DNA of 63,566 nucleotides, the filler included, from Octopus bimaculoides (taxonomy: Eukaryota), in assembly GCF_001194135.2 (NCBI RefSeq). It is 4 parts of 4 records of this genome, joined end to end, with 100 filler letters (N's around TTAATTAATTAA, not from the genome) between each part and the next. Parts side by side here need not be neighbours in the genome. Positions count along the whole stretch, not along the records: positions 1 to 9,783 come from NC_069005.1; positions 9,884 to 31,130 come from NC_068982.1; 2 more parts are not named here. One strand, 5' to 3'. Under the pieces are notes generated by a model, which saw nothing but the letters and a program-made list of their open reading frames with translations, searched no databases and was not told the DNA's origin. A program made the translations under genes and the position numbers. Shown here one piece after another: positions 1 to 10,498 of this stretch; position 1 is the stretch's first letter, and the number at the start of each line of letters is the position of its first letter.

Positions 1-99
1 TATATATATACATACACACACATGCTTACCCCCACACATGTATATATACACAAGGTGAGGCATTGGTGAATAGTCAACAGCGTTAGAGAGCATGAATAT

Positions 100-906
100 T
101 AAATTTGTAGTTGAGAAAATGTTAGCTGACTTGGAGTACTGAAAGCCATCTAAATATTTAAAAAGTGTTACGTGTATCTTGATTTCGCCGGGTGTCAAAA
201 TGCCGACCTAACGACTTCTGCTCAAAGCTATCTGAACGCTGTAAAATCTGTAAGACGTGACATGGACGGCTTCAACGGCGGCTACTAAGTTTTGAGCTGT
301 GATCAGCGGAAGGGACACAGCAGACTTTCTGACTGCGTTCCTACACAGTGATTCCGTCCCACATCCCTGAACAGGGACTGAGGTTCAATTCAGACGGCTA
401 TGTGAAGCTTCTAGAGAATGTGGCAAATCCCTGGCTGGAGAGGGTTTTATCTGGAAGGCCATAAAAGTGGAAACAAGGCTCAGCTCCTTGCCATATCTTC
501 AAAAAGAGTTAGAATTGCTTGTCGGAAAATTTCTGTGTCTTTACCAGCCCTAATATCTGGGCCTCCTAGTTCTCTACGATTATAATCTCATGGATTACTA
601 TGTTTGGGTGCGGTGGAGACAGACGCCAAACGATCTGCGTGCAACACCAAGGCTTCGCTGATGGCCAAGATCAAGGTGTTCGAAGATCTTCTCAGCGACA
701 CAGTGAGGTACGTATGTGCCTCGTATGTGCAGTCGTCTTAAGGCCGAAGTGGAAGGCGAGGGAGGCTATTTTAAGTAAAATGTTATTTCCCAGCAATATT
801 CTAGTTGATATGTTTGGATTAATGAAAAGGTAATTTACTTTTGGATGGGAGATTTTGTTTTCTTATATTTTTATACAAACTGTCAACATTTAGCCCAAAC
901 ACCCTG
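100..906 (+). mobile_element. Degraded Tc1/mariner-superfamily transposon, DD37D (maT-like) type
   Basis: Frameshift-corrected translation of ~380-780 reads ..DGYVKLLENVANPWLERVLSGRP*KWKQGSAPCH..(W)PPSS(P)DYNLMDYYVW..SRLKAEVEGEGGYFK*. There are 37 residues between the QDSAP-equivalent position and the final D. A right TIR-like end ..TTTAGCCCAAACACCCTG lies at ~890-906; no left TIR was found. Confidence 0.7.
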
Positions 907-1274
907 CAAAACTTTATTCACCCTTTCTCATTCTATTTCTCACGCACACTTCTTTCCACTTAGGAGTTTCACTTACTATATCGGTCAAAGTTTTTGACAC
1001 TTCCATAGCTGCTTCACAATGCATATACGAGCTTTCCGGTCCCATGTCTTCTTTATGACAAGGGTACCTCTTATCCAAACAACGGTAAAATTTGCAGTCG
1101 ACTTCTTCACTATATTTGAGACATTCGGGTGTAACTTCTGAAAAAGAAAGAGAAAAAGAAATACAAAGGTATTAAACAGGTTGCTGCTGATTCTTTATCT
1201 TTATTGCTGCGTGGTGGTACCCCAGTATGGCTGCAATCTAATGATTGAAAGCAATAAAAAAACGATTAAAAGAA

Positions 1275-1385
1275 CAGCATTCCATCACTTACGACGACGA
1301 GGGTTCCAGTCGATCCGATCAACGGAACAGCCTGCTCTTAAAATTTACCTGTAAGCGACTAAACACTCCACTCACACGTGTACAC
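1275..1385 (-). mobile_element. 3' fragment of tRNA-derived SINE family A
   Basis: Reverse complement matches the tail of the copies at 3046-3410 and 59174-59558 (..GGCTGTTCCGTTGATCGGATC..GAACCCTCG..CGTCGTAAG). Confidence 0.75.
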
Positions 1386-1480
1386 ATTCTGGTCAAGGAG
1401 ACAATAGAACACTTGGCGAAAAGGCACAAGTCGCCAGTGACTATCTCGATAGCATTCCAGTATTAACAGCAGATAAAGAT

Positions 1481-1582
1481 GCTGACCAGAGTTATAATAT
1501 GGATGAAACACCTGTATACGTTGTCATGTTGAGTTCAACAACTATAGACTTTGTTGGCAATAAACATATAGATGCTAGCCAC
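1481..1582 (+). mobile_element. pogo/Tigger-like DDE transposase fragment
   Basis: Translates ADQSYNMDETPVYVVMLSSTTIDFVGNKHIDASH; NMDETP is the first catalytic-Asp motif of pogo-family transposases. The match is short. Confidence 0.55.
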
Positions 1583-1624
1583 TATTCTCGAAATCCCTGG
1601 GTGACCAATATGAAATTCCATTTA

Positions 1625-2165
1625 TAAACGCTTTTGTAGTGAGGTTGGCTCTACGGCTCTTTGTGCATATATCAACACATTGTCACACAGTGGGAAATGG
1701 TTTCGCATTTGTGTTGCGCATATTTTCATTTTCTTTAGCCTTCAGTAATTCTCTCATCTTTATAATAAATTTATCGTTCTCAGATTTTGATTTTATGCCT
1801 GGTAACGAAACTGGCAGTTCACAAATGACTTTACATAAAATATTTTTCATTTCAGTTTCCGCTCACAGAGTGGGAATCACAGTACCTTCGAATGGTTCCA
1901 CCTCGTTTTGGAATCAGTCTTAATAGAAAATCTGTATAGCCTAATTTCTTGGATGGTATGTACTCCATCTTGAAATCATAATTTAATAATATCGTAGCTC
2001 AACGTTATTTACACTACAAGCAGTATAAGTAGGAATTCCTTTTTTCTACCCAAATATCGATAATAACGGTCGGTGATCAATCTGTTGCCGAAAACGTTTC
2101 CGTGCAAAAGTCTGTGAAATTCTTTTCATGGCAAAAATGATTGCTAGAGATTCTTTTTCGATTTG
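1625..2165 (-). mobile_element. Gypsy pol fragment (RNase H end and linker to integrase)
   Basis: Minus strand reads KESLAIIF..DHRPLLSIFG..KGIPTYTA..ATILLNYDFKMEYIPSKKLG, homologous to the same region in the elements at 16416-20596 and 21357-25230. Confidence 0.8.
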
Positions 2166-2167
2166 AC

Positions 2168-2295
2168 AACCGAGTGGACTGCAGCAATGCAAAGTGAAGT
2201 GATTTGTTCAAGAACGCAATGCACTGCTGGTCCGGAATTCGAAACTACGATCTTGCACTCAGGAATTCAACAGCTTAACCACTAGTCCACACGAC
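2168..2295 (-). mobile_element. Degraded tRNA-derived SINE (family D) 5' part
   Basis: Reverse complement has a TAGTGGTTAAG..GTTTCGAATTCCGG tRNA-like head followed by GCATTGCGTTCTTGAACAAATCACTT; homologous to 8090-8290. Confidence 0.55.
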
Positions 2296-2399
2296 TTCGC
2301 ATTGTATATTTAGATAACCTACTGTTATTTTGTAGATAGACGCGAACCTAAAACTGGCGTGCTACAACGAATAGGTGCGCGAGCAGTGACGCCACGAGC

Positions 2400-2656
2400 G
2401 ACATATATATATGTACATGGATATCTGTATGTATGTGTGCATGTGCGCATGTTGATTTGTATGTATATGTCTGCGTATATGTGTATTTGATGTGTATCTA
2501 TTTGCGTATACATGTGTGTATGTAAATATATATATATCTATGTGTGTATGTGTAATTATGTATATGAAAATATATATATGTGTGTGTATATGTGTACATA
2601 TATATGTATGTGTGTGTGCGCGCGCGCACACACACACGCACACACACACACACACA

Positions 2657-2703
<47 letters not shown>

Positions 2704-2720
2704 ACACACATATATATACA
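2400..2720. repeat. Compound (AT)/(GT)/(CA) microsatellite field
   Basis: Directly visible; source of the low-complexity ORFs at 2325-2785. Confidence 0.95.
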
Positions 2721-2812
2721 TAGTTGAAATTCATAGAAAAACAAAGGACGAAGACAGATGTGTGAACAACAAGCAAGTGTATTAGTTTGACGGTAGGGAA
2801 AATGAAAAAAGG

Positions 2813-2850
2813 GTCTTACGTTTCGAGCCTACGCTCTTCAACAGAAAGGA
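2813..2850 (-). ncRNA. Minimal type I hammerhead-like motif (variant core CUGUUGA), probably Penelope-associated
   Basis: Minus strand TCCTTT-CTGTTGA-A-GAGC-GTAG-GCTC-GAAAC-GTA-AGAC: perfect 4-bp stem II and palindromic minimal stem III (ACGT). Position 6 is U instead of A and stem I is weak. Confidence 0.4.
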
Positions 2851-2948
2851 ATTAAGAGAAAGAATGAAAAAAACTTGTAGATTTCAGCTGTCCAGCATGG
2901 CGAAACATACATACATGCATGCATACATACATACATACATATATACAT

Positions 2949-2988
<40 letters not shown>

Positions 2989-3045
2989 NNNNNNNNNNNN
3001 NNNNNNNNNNNNNNNNNNNNNNNNNNNNNNNNNNNNNNNNNNNNN

Positions 3046-3410
3046 TAGGGCAGTGGACTCGCGGTCATAGGATTGCGGCTTCGATTCCCAGACCGGGCGT
3101 TGTGAGTGTTTATTGAGCGAAAACACCTAAACCTCCACGAGGCTCCGGCAGGGGATGGTGGCGAACCCTGCTGTACTCTTCCACCACAACTTTCTCTCAC
3201 TCTTACTTCCTGTTTCTGGTGTGCCTCTAATTCAACGGGTCAGCCTTGTCACACTCTGTGTCACGCTGAATATCACCAAGAACTACGTTAAGGGTACACG
3301 TGTCTGTGGAGTGCTCAGCCACTTGCACGTTAATTTCACGAGCAGGCTGTTCCGTTGATCGGATCAACTAGAACCCTCGACGTCGTAAGCGACGGAGTGC
3401 CAACAACAAC
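3046..3410 (+). mobile_element. tRNA-derived SINE family A, near full length
   Basis: tRNA-like head (TAGGGCAGTGGACTCGCGGTCATAGG..TTCGATTCCCAGACCGGGCG) and (CAA)n tail; a second long copy is at 59174-59558. Confidence 0.85.
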
Positions 3411-3490
3411 ATNNNNNNNNNNNNNNNNNNNNNNNNNNNNNNNNNNNNNNNNNNNNNNNNNNNNNNNNNNNNNNNNNNNNNNNNNNNNNN

Positions 3491-3530
<40 letters not shown>

Positions 3531-3919
3531 TTAATATAAAATAGACTGCTTTATTTTGAGATTGCTAATGTTAACAATATCCGCAAAGAAAATACAAACT
3601 GGAGTTGTAGTACTCAAAGTGAGCTATATTCCGCTTAATAATCTCAATGGAGGCAATGCAAGCGGAAACCAGAGGAAAATAATCAATAACCACACTCAAA
3701 ATCAAATATATACATATATTCTTCTAGATTTATAAAGCGAATATGAAAATTCCAAATATATAAATATAAAAATACATATAAATAGATAAATATCGATGTG
3801 TTACATAAAACACAGTGAATTTTATATTTAAAAGTTATAATACATTGGTGTAATAAAAATTTAATATGATAAAACATTAAAAAGACGTACTAAAATACCA
3901 CGAAAATTATACAAAAATT

Positions 3920-4830
3920 AAAAAATTCCATCTACGTTTCAGAGACGTGCCAAGTAATATGATATATTTCATATTTTTAAAACTGACACTCCCTCATCAG
4001 GATATTTTCACACAATACAGAAAGAACAAATACAGAAATACAATTATACAATTACATATCAGCCAGTTTCCACTTGCATTGCCTCCATTGAAATTCTTAA
4101 GCGGTTTATTATTTAATAGGCACAATACATGTTTATATGAGCTTCTAATAGTTTCATATATTGAGAAACATCTCAAACGTATTTATCAAGCACAAACCGT
4201 ATACCATATCGAACTACAAATTGAATGAGAGAAGAAACACGAAGAAGTTTGAGGAGGAAAGATATAGAAAAGATGGAAGGTTAAAAAACGTAAAACGGAA
4301 AACAAAGAAGTAAAAAGTTAGATGTAAAAAATGTAAGAGTCATCCTTCTTAGACATTAAATTATTAGGCTGGAAAGATATGAACAAGTTAATCAGCTATT
4401 GACAGAATTTTCCAATTCTTCGAAATGTACTTAGACATATGTTTACAACCGCTGAAAATTTCAGACCTAGAGTTCAGCAGGAAACTAGGGATCTTAGATC
4501 TGAAAGGGGTCTGAGATATTTCAGCTAAACGTAGCTTACATTTATTTGGTGCGGATTTTTCAATTATTTTCCATTTAATCAAATGTGGAGTTGCGTTAGA
4601 TTTCAAATTCTCGTTGATCGTTTTCCATTTTTTTTTAACCTTCCACGTTCTCTATATGCTTCTTTCTCAACTTTTCGCGTTTCTTTTCGCATTCAGTTTT
4701 TAGTTCGTTATGATATGTGGTTTGTGCTTGATGAATGTGTTTAAGATATTTCTCAACATATGAAACGATTAATAGCACATATAAACATGGATTGTGTCTA
4801 TTAAATAATATTTATTTCTCACCAGATAGA
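3920..4830 (-). mobile_element. Penelope-like element relic: GIY-YIG C-terminus, 3' UTR, hammerhead, and an inverted pseudo-LTR copy
   Basis: ORF 4388-4606(-) IKWKIIEKSAPNKCKLRLAE..LLNSRSEIFSGCKH fits the PLE endonuclease C-terminal W..C.LC..EK..LN.R.E..C.H pattern. ~4110-4300 is an imperfect inverted repeat of ~4620-4810. Confidence 0.75.
3929..4004 (-). ncRNA. Type I hammerhead ribozyme (PLE-type, minimal stem III)
   Basis: Minus strand TATC-CTGATGA-GGGAGTGTCAG-(AT-rich loop)-TTGGCACGTCTC-T-GAAAC-GTA-GATG. Core CUGAUGA/GAAA/GUH is intact; stem I is TATC/GATG; stem II is ~11 bp with wobbles and one bulge; there is one extra U before GAAA. Confidence 0.6.
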
Positions 4831-4868
4831 GTGCATTTTTTGTTGATCTTACTATCGCGGAACAATTC

Positions 4869-4902
<34 letters not shown>

Positions 4903-5121
4903 TGTGTGTATTTACGTGTGTATGCATGTGCATGGTGCAGCATGCAGACGTTGATGTGTACGAACGAGTACCATTGGCAGATGTAGAGGATACTACGGAA
5001 GTCAATATAAATGCACCTTTGTGTGTCGATCTGTCTGTCTGTCTATCTGTCTGTCTGTCTGTCTGTCTGTCACCCTATCTATCTATCTATCTAACTGTCG
5101 CTCCCTCTCTTACTCTATCTA

Positions 5122-5969
5122 AGAGGTTGTATCAAAACGTTCTCGGACTAGTTCGTAGAGCGCCAACAAATGACAGCACAAGCAATGTGTCACGTGTCAC
5201 TGCTGTCTTTACATGGCAAGTTGTAAAATTTGTGTCTTTGTGGTTACGTGTATGCTGTAGTCTGTGATTTTGTCACGGACATGAACAAAGAGCCAACGTG
5301 TAATTTTGCGTTAAACTTGGGAAGCCTGATACAGAGACACAGAGCATGCCTCGGCAAGTTTAAAACGACGAGACAGGAGATCGTACGCAACGTTTCAAGT
5401 GGCACGGGCTCTTCAAAAACAGAAAAATATCCCTGGAAGACGATGAGCGATCTGGAAGACCTGTCACAAGCGTCATCACCGGAAATGTGGTATTGTGCGT
5501 TGAGAATTCGTCACCTGGGGCCGGATGGTCATTCGAGAGTTCTACCGGGATGTTTTGAGGCATTTCAGGGAAGACATTCAACGAAAGAGACCGAAATTGT
5601 GGAGTGCGAAGAATTGGATTCTCCACGACAACAATACACTCTGTCACCGAGCTTTTCTCACTCGTGAGTTTCCCACTAAAAACATGGTGTCGTTCCCGCA
5701 CCCGCTCTATTCGCCACATTTAGTACCTGCGGACTTCCATCTCTTCTCCAAGATAAAAATGTACTTCAAAAGTCGTCGTTATAACACCGTTGTCGAGATC
5801 GAGAGAGAATAGCAAAATGTCCGCGGCTCGCTTACGGAAAACAACTTCCAGGCCGGATTCCAAAAGTGGCAGGAACGCTGTGAGTATTTCGAAGATGGTG
5901 TTAAAATTTGGGCAAAAGAGTTATTTTTCATTAAACATAATTATTCCAGAACCTTTTGATACCATCCCG
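5122..5969 (+). mobile_element. Internally deleted mariner (DD34D-type) element with both TIRs
   Basis: TA-flanked TIRs (TA|AGAGGTTGTATCAAAACGTTCTCGGA ... TCCAGAACCTTTTGATACCATCCCG|TA). Fragments include EFYRDVLRHFREDIQRKRPKLW..WILHDNN..HPLYSPHLVPADFHLF and a 5' KWHGLFK..EDDERSGRP helix-turn-helix piece. Confidence 0.9.
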
Positions 5970-7929
5970 TATGTGTGTGTATTATATTTGCTGATGTGTG
6001 TGCATTTATACATTACACTATACTGAAAATCGTCACAAAGATTGCTCCATTAGACATTCAACAAAATATCTCATAAGATACTTTGAAATTGAGCGCAATG
6101 TTTACTTGCACCATATTTAATAACGTATGGACGCTTTCAACATTTGTCCCGATTCTTAGTTGACTCTGCTTCTGAGGAGGTAATATGGTAGTGTCTGTGC
6201 GGGACGAGTAATGCTGGCCACGTTGGAAGACTCAGTGCTCAGGCCAGTGATGCTCGAATATACTCATCTGTGCAGGAAACTCATTGTGATGCGCTTACAG
6301 AGAAAGGAAGATGCTGTTTGTATTCATAATAGGAAAGATAGAGTGACGGTCAGTGGTCAGTGAACTGAAAAAGAAAGTAACATACGCTTCGTAATGAATA
6401 TGCCTGATATACCAGAGAGGTAGACAAGGATGAGATTAAACTGCTTGACAAGGATTAAAGAGAGGGAGGGTTACTCAGCGTCGTGTACCTCACTCGCTCG
6501 TCCCTTCCTATTTGAGTCCAGTGACAAGACTAAGTCACGATGATTAGAGATAGGTTGGGATACAGTGGANNNNNNNNNNNNNNNNNNNNNNNNNNNNNNN
6601 NNNNNNNNNNNNNNNNNNNNNNNNNNNNNNNNNNNNNNNNNNNNNNNNNNNNNNNNNNNNNNNNNNNNNNNNNNNNNNNNNNNNNNNNNNNNNNNNNNNN
6701 NNNNNNNNNNNNNNNNNNNNNNNNNNNNNNNNNNNNNNNNNNNNNNNNNNNNNNNNNNNNNNNNNNNNNNNNNNNNNNNNNNNNNNNNNNNNNNNNNNNN
6801 NNNNNNNNNNNNNNNNNNNNNNNNNNNNNNNNNNNNNNNNNNNNNNNNNNNNNNNNNNNNNNNNNNNNNNNNNNNNNNNNNNNNNNNNNNNNNNNNNNNN
6901 NNNNNNNNNNNNNNNNNNNNNNNNNNNNNNNNNNNNNNNNNNNNNNNNNNNNNNNNNNNNNNNNNNNNNNNNNNNNNNNNNNNNNNNNNNNNNNNNNNNN
7001 NNNNNNNNNNNNNNNNNNNNNNNNNNNNNNNNNNNNNNNNNNNNNNNNNNNNNNNNNNNNNNNNNNNNNNNNNNNNNNNNNNNNNNNNNNNNNNNNNNNN
7101 NNNNNNNNNNNNNNNNNNNNNNNNNNNNNNNNNNNNNNNNNNNNNNNNNNNNNNNNNNNNNNNNNNNNNNNNNNNNNNNNNNNNNNNNNNNNNNNNNNNN
7201 NNNNNNNNNNNNNNNNNNNNNNNNNNNNNNNNNNNNNNNNNNNNNNNNNNNNNNNNNNNNNNNNNNNNNNNNNNNNNNNNNNNNNNNNNNNNNNNNNNNN
7301 NNNNNNNNNNNNNNNNNNNNNNNNNNNNNNNNNNNNNNNNNNNNNNNNNNNNNNNNNNNNNNNNNNNNNNNNNNNNNNNNNNNNNNNNNNNNNNNNNNNN
7401 NNNNNNNNNNNNNNNNNNNNNNNNNNNNNNNNNNNNNNNNNNNNNNNNNNNNNNNNNNNNNNNNNNNNNNNNNNNNNNNNNNNNNNNNNNNNNNNNNNNN
7501 NNNNNNNNNNNNNNNNNNNNNNNNNNNNNNNNNNNNNNNNNNNNNNNNNNNNNNNNNNATATATGCATATATATTTATATGTGCATGTATGTGTGCATGT
7601 GTATATACATATATATATGTGTATACATACTCAGATATATATGTATGCCGATGCACCCCCTCACCAGGCAACCCTCTTACCCATCCAGTAGTATTCTGCC
7701 AAGTTTACAAACAATGATATATTACCTAAAGGAATAGTAAAAAATACATAACTCGTTTTAATAAAACACTATTTGCAAAGAAGAGAAAATGAGACAGGCC
7801 CATACATCAACGATTTTCAATTTAAGTGCTTTCAAAATTTGCCTGGTTTGTATAAACACAAACCTACACGTTGATATCAAATTATTCCCAGTCATGCGCA
7901 GTCAATAATAAAACAGTTAAATAATAACC

Positions 7930-7931
7930 CA

Positions 7932-8000
<69 letters not shown>

Positions 8001-8060
8001 GTTTGTCTGTCTGTCTGTTGTATGTCAGTTGTCTGCCTGTCGTCTGTCTGTTGTCTGTCT
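7930..8060. repeat. (ATCT)n/(GTCT)n tetranucleotide microsatellite
   Basis: Directly visible. Confidence 0.95.
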
Positions 8061-8089
8061 GTATTCCCGAATGATATACTCTCATAGGT

Positions 8090-8290
8090 TTGGTTTACCG
8101 GTTGGTGTGATGTATATATTCCCCGTTGGACGGGACTCGGATTCGTCGTAAGAATTCCCATTTTTGCGAGCTGAGTGGATTGGAGCAACGTGAAGAAAAT
8201 ATCTTGCTCCAGAACACAACGCATCGCCCGGTCCAGGAATCAAAACCACAACCTTGCGATTATTAGTCTCACACTCTAACCCATAAGCTT
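8090..8290 (-). mobile_element. tRNA-derived SINE family D
   Basis: Reverse complement: GGTTAGAGTGTGAGAC..TTGATTCCTGGACCGGGCGATGCGTTGTGTTCTGGAGCAAGA..TTCACGTTGCTCCAATCCACTCAGCT. Confidence 0.7.
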
Positions 8291-8349
8291 TGTACCTCTA
8301 ATTGGGTGCACGTGATGTCTGGGTAGAGTTGTACCTTTAACGGGATAAC

Positions 8350-8760
8350 ATATGGTGCTCTTCATTGTTGTTCGTTTGCTTTGGTCCTCATCTGACACCA
8401 ACGCGCATCTGTGGCTCCTCGAAGCTGTCTGCAAAGCAACAGAGGCCATACCCCAGGCAACGGGTTCCACGGACTGGCTAAATCTAACTGAAGGTAGTTG
8501 ACGTCACTCAAACCATCGGTGATCTAGGTCTTGTCTATCTATGCATACGTTGAGGAAACCACCATATTGGTTCAACGGGAAGGGACAGGGTGGACCAGCA
8601 AGAGTTGTAGAGCGCGAACAGGCCACAGTGAGACACGAAGGACACTACGGTCTTCCGCTGTATCCTGATCTATCTCTTGGCTTCGTCCTGCCACTGGAAT
8701 CAAAGAGAACGAGGTGAGAGAGTGATGCAGATCACGTTGAGCAACTATCCTTCACTTTAA
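8350..8760 (+). mobile_element. GC-rich non-coding repeat, possibly a detached 5' UTR of an RTE-clade LINE
   Basis: GC/CpG-rich with no convincing ORF. Resembles, from memory only, RTE 5' UTR motifs (GGCTCCTCG..GGCAACGGG..GGCTAAA; CCACTGGA..GAGAGAGTG). Not verified by alignment. Confidence 0.3.
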
Positions 8761-9140
8761 TCCATGTCATGTGCAAGTCATGACATCATACCTGTAATAT
8801 CCTTGGTCAACGTCGACATCGACGGACAAACTAAGATTAATATCTGTCTATCTATCTATCGATACATACATACATACACACACACACAGACACACACACA
8901 CGCACACGCACACACACATACACATACACATAAACACATATGAAATGAGTTTGGGGGGATATATTATCCGGGCGGATATCGTATTAGCCCTCAGTTAAGT
9001 TCCAGTTAACGGCTAACCACAACGTTCAGTATCTAACGACTGTGACAATTAGTTGTAAGTCGCTCAGTGAATTCTTCCAATGGCTAATTCCGCGTACACT
9101 TCGCTGGACAGTAAGCATTTTCTGGAGAATATATTAATAA

Positions 9141-9350
9141 TCCTTTCTACTAAAGGCACAAAGTCTGAAATTTTGGGAGAAGGGGACCAGCCGATTAGAT
9201 CGACCCCAGTACGCAACTGGTACTTAATTTATCGACCACCGAAAGGATGAAAGGCAAAGTCGACTTGGGCAGAATTTGAACTCAGGACGTAAAGACAGAC
9301 GAAATACCGTTTAGCATTTCGCCCGGCGTGCTAACGTTTCTGCCCGCTTG
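9141..9350 (-). mobile_element. tRNA-derived SINE family C
   Basis: Same family as 45850-46065(+), 47760-47920(-), 48595-48770(-), 61810-61985(-), 62050-62165(-) and 62993-63200(+). Shared core GAAAGGATGAAAGGCAAAGTCGAC..GAATTTGAACTCAG. Confidence 0.85.
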
Positions 9351-9827
9351 CTATCATATATTAATACTAATAATAATAAAGTGTATGGAGACTTGTACAT
9401 ACGCAGACTTTATTTTATAGTCATATACTGCATGTTATAATGACCTACACGTGTTTCCGCTGCAGACACTACTCATTGTTGCAAATGCAACTTTGCAATA
9501 TTGTCAGTGCAGCTTCGTCAGGGTTAGTCCACTTAGTCACCGTCGAAGTAAACTGATTGAAGAAAATTTTTTTTAGTGTTCTTTGCGAGATGGGTTGTTG
9601 TTATTCATATGTATGCGCTGCTGAACTCAACTTCACCCCAGTCTCTGAACGAAGTAAGGGCTTTTTCTCAAATAGGTCAATGTCGAGATTGTTACTTTTG
9701 TAAAGCTCTTTGTTCGTTTTAATGGTTGTGTGGGTTATGTTTATATATTTATATCTATGTATATAAGTGTATGTATATATATANNNNNNNNNNNNNNNNN
9801 NNNNNNNNNNNNNNNNNNNNNNNNNNN

Positions 9828-9839
9828 TTAATTAATTAA
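9828..9839. other. Artificial scaffold-join linker TTAATTAATTAA inside 44N+12+44N gap
   Basis: Identical 100-bp architecture at 31175-31186 and 55618-55629; the linker is palindromic with stops in all six frames. Confidence 0.9.
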
Positions 9840-9922
9840 NNNNNNNNNNNNNNNNNNNNNNNNNNNNNNNNNNNNNNNNNNNNTGTGAATAAAAGGAAGC
9901 GTCGGAGAGAGGGAGTCCTCAC

Positions 9923-10096
9923 CTGTACTAAGGATCCAGACTGGCCTCCGCAGGTGACTGCGGAGGTCGTGTCGGGTAGTCACATAAGTACGGTGGTGAA
10001 TTCCTTCCCCCACGACGAATCCAGTATTGCAAAGTGGCCCGACCCAGACCCATCGTTTTGCTTGAGAGAAGCGATGGTTATATCGGGCGAAAAAAC
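9923..10096 (-). CDS. Candidate orphan coding exon (phase 1-1, 174 nt), product unknown
   Basis: Minus-strand acceptor CTCGTCCTTTTAG|G, donor CAG|GTGAGG. Open frame FFARYNHRFSQAKRWVWVGPLCNTGFVVGEGIHHRTYVTTRHDLRSHLRRPVWILST. No family recognised and no partner exons found. Confidence 0.3.
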
Positions 10097-10498
10097 CTAA
10101 AAGGACGAGTGCCTCATATTGTGTAATGAAAAATCGTAAGAGGCAAATGCCTTAATTTATGACTTTTTATGTACGAGGTTCATAGCCTCAATGTGAAAAT
10201 TTTATTTTAAAAAGAACAGTGTTATAGAGAAGCAAAGTTCGGCGGGCGGCTTTTGCCTTTTCTCATTATACCATCATATTTATCATCCATTTCATCTCAT
10301 TAATGTTTTTGTCCAGCCCGTAGCTACTCTCTATGTACTGCCTTTATGGCAAATTGAAANNNNNNNNNNNNNNNNNNNNNNNNNNNNNNNNNNNNNNNNN
10401 NNNNNNNNNNNNNNNNNNNNNNNNNNNNNNNNNNNNNNNNNNNNNNNNNNNNNNNNNNNNNNNNNNNNNNNNNNNNNNNNNNNNNNNNNNNNNNNNNN

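Noticed and set aside
2325-2785. Cys/Val, His/Thr, Ile/Tyr-rich ORFs here and poly-Ile/Leu/Met/Lys/Asn ORFs at 40974-41766, 47000-47423, 48310-48636, 62883-63550
   Set aside because: Translations of microsatellites.
4932-5030. Plausible-looking peptide MVQHADVDVYERVPLADVEDTTEVNINAPL
   Set aside because: Flanked by microsatellites, no convincing splice sites, no family match, not SLC22-like.
6471-7737. Long ORFs of 365-390 aa in the ORF track (also 11909-12369, 50235-51084, 51908-52799, 56416-56913)
   Set aside because: Composed almost entirely of X from N gaps.
10050-10080. ATCGCTTCTC on the minus strand, matching the U2 snRNA 5' end
   Set aside because: Only 10 nt match; no branch-point recognition sequence or Sm site follows.
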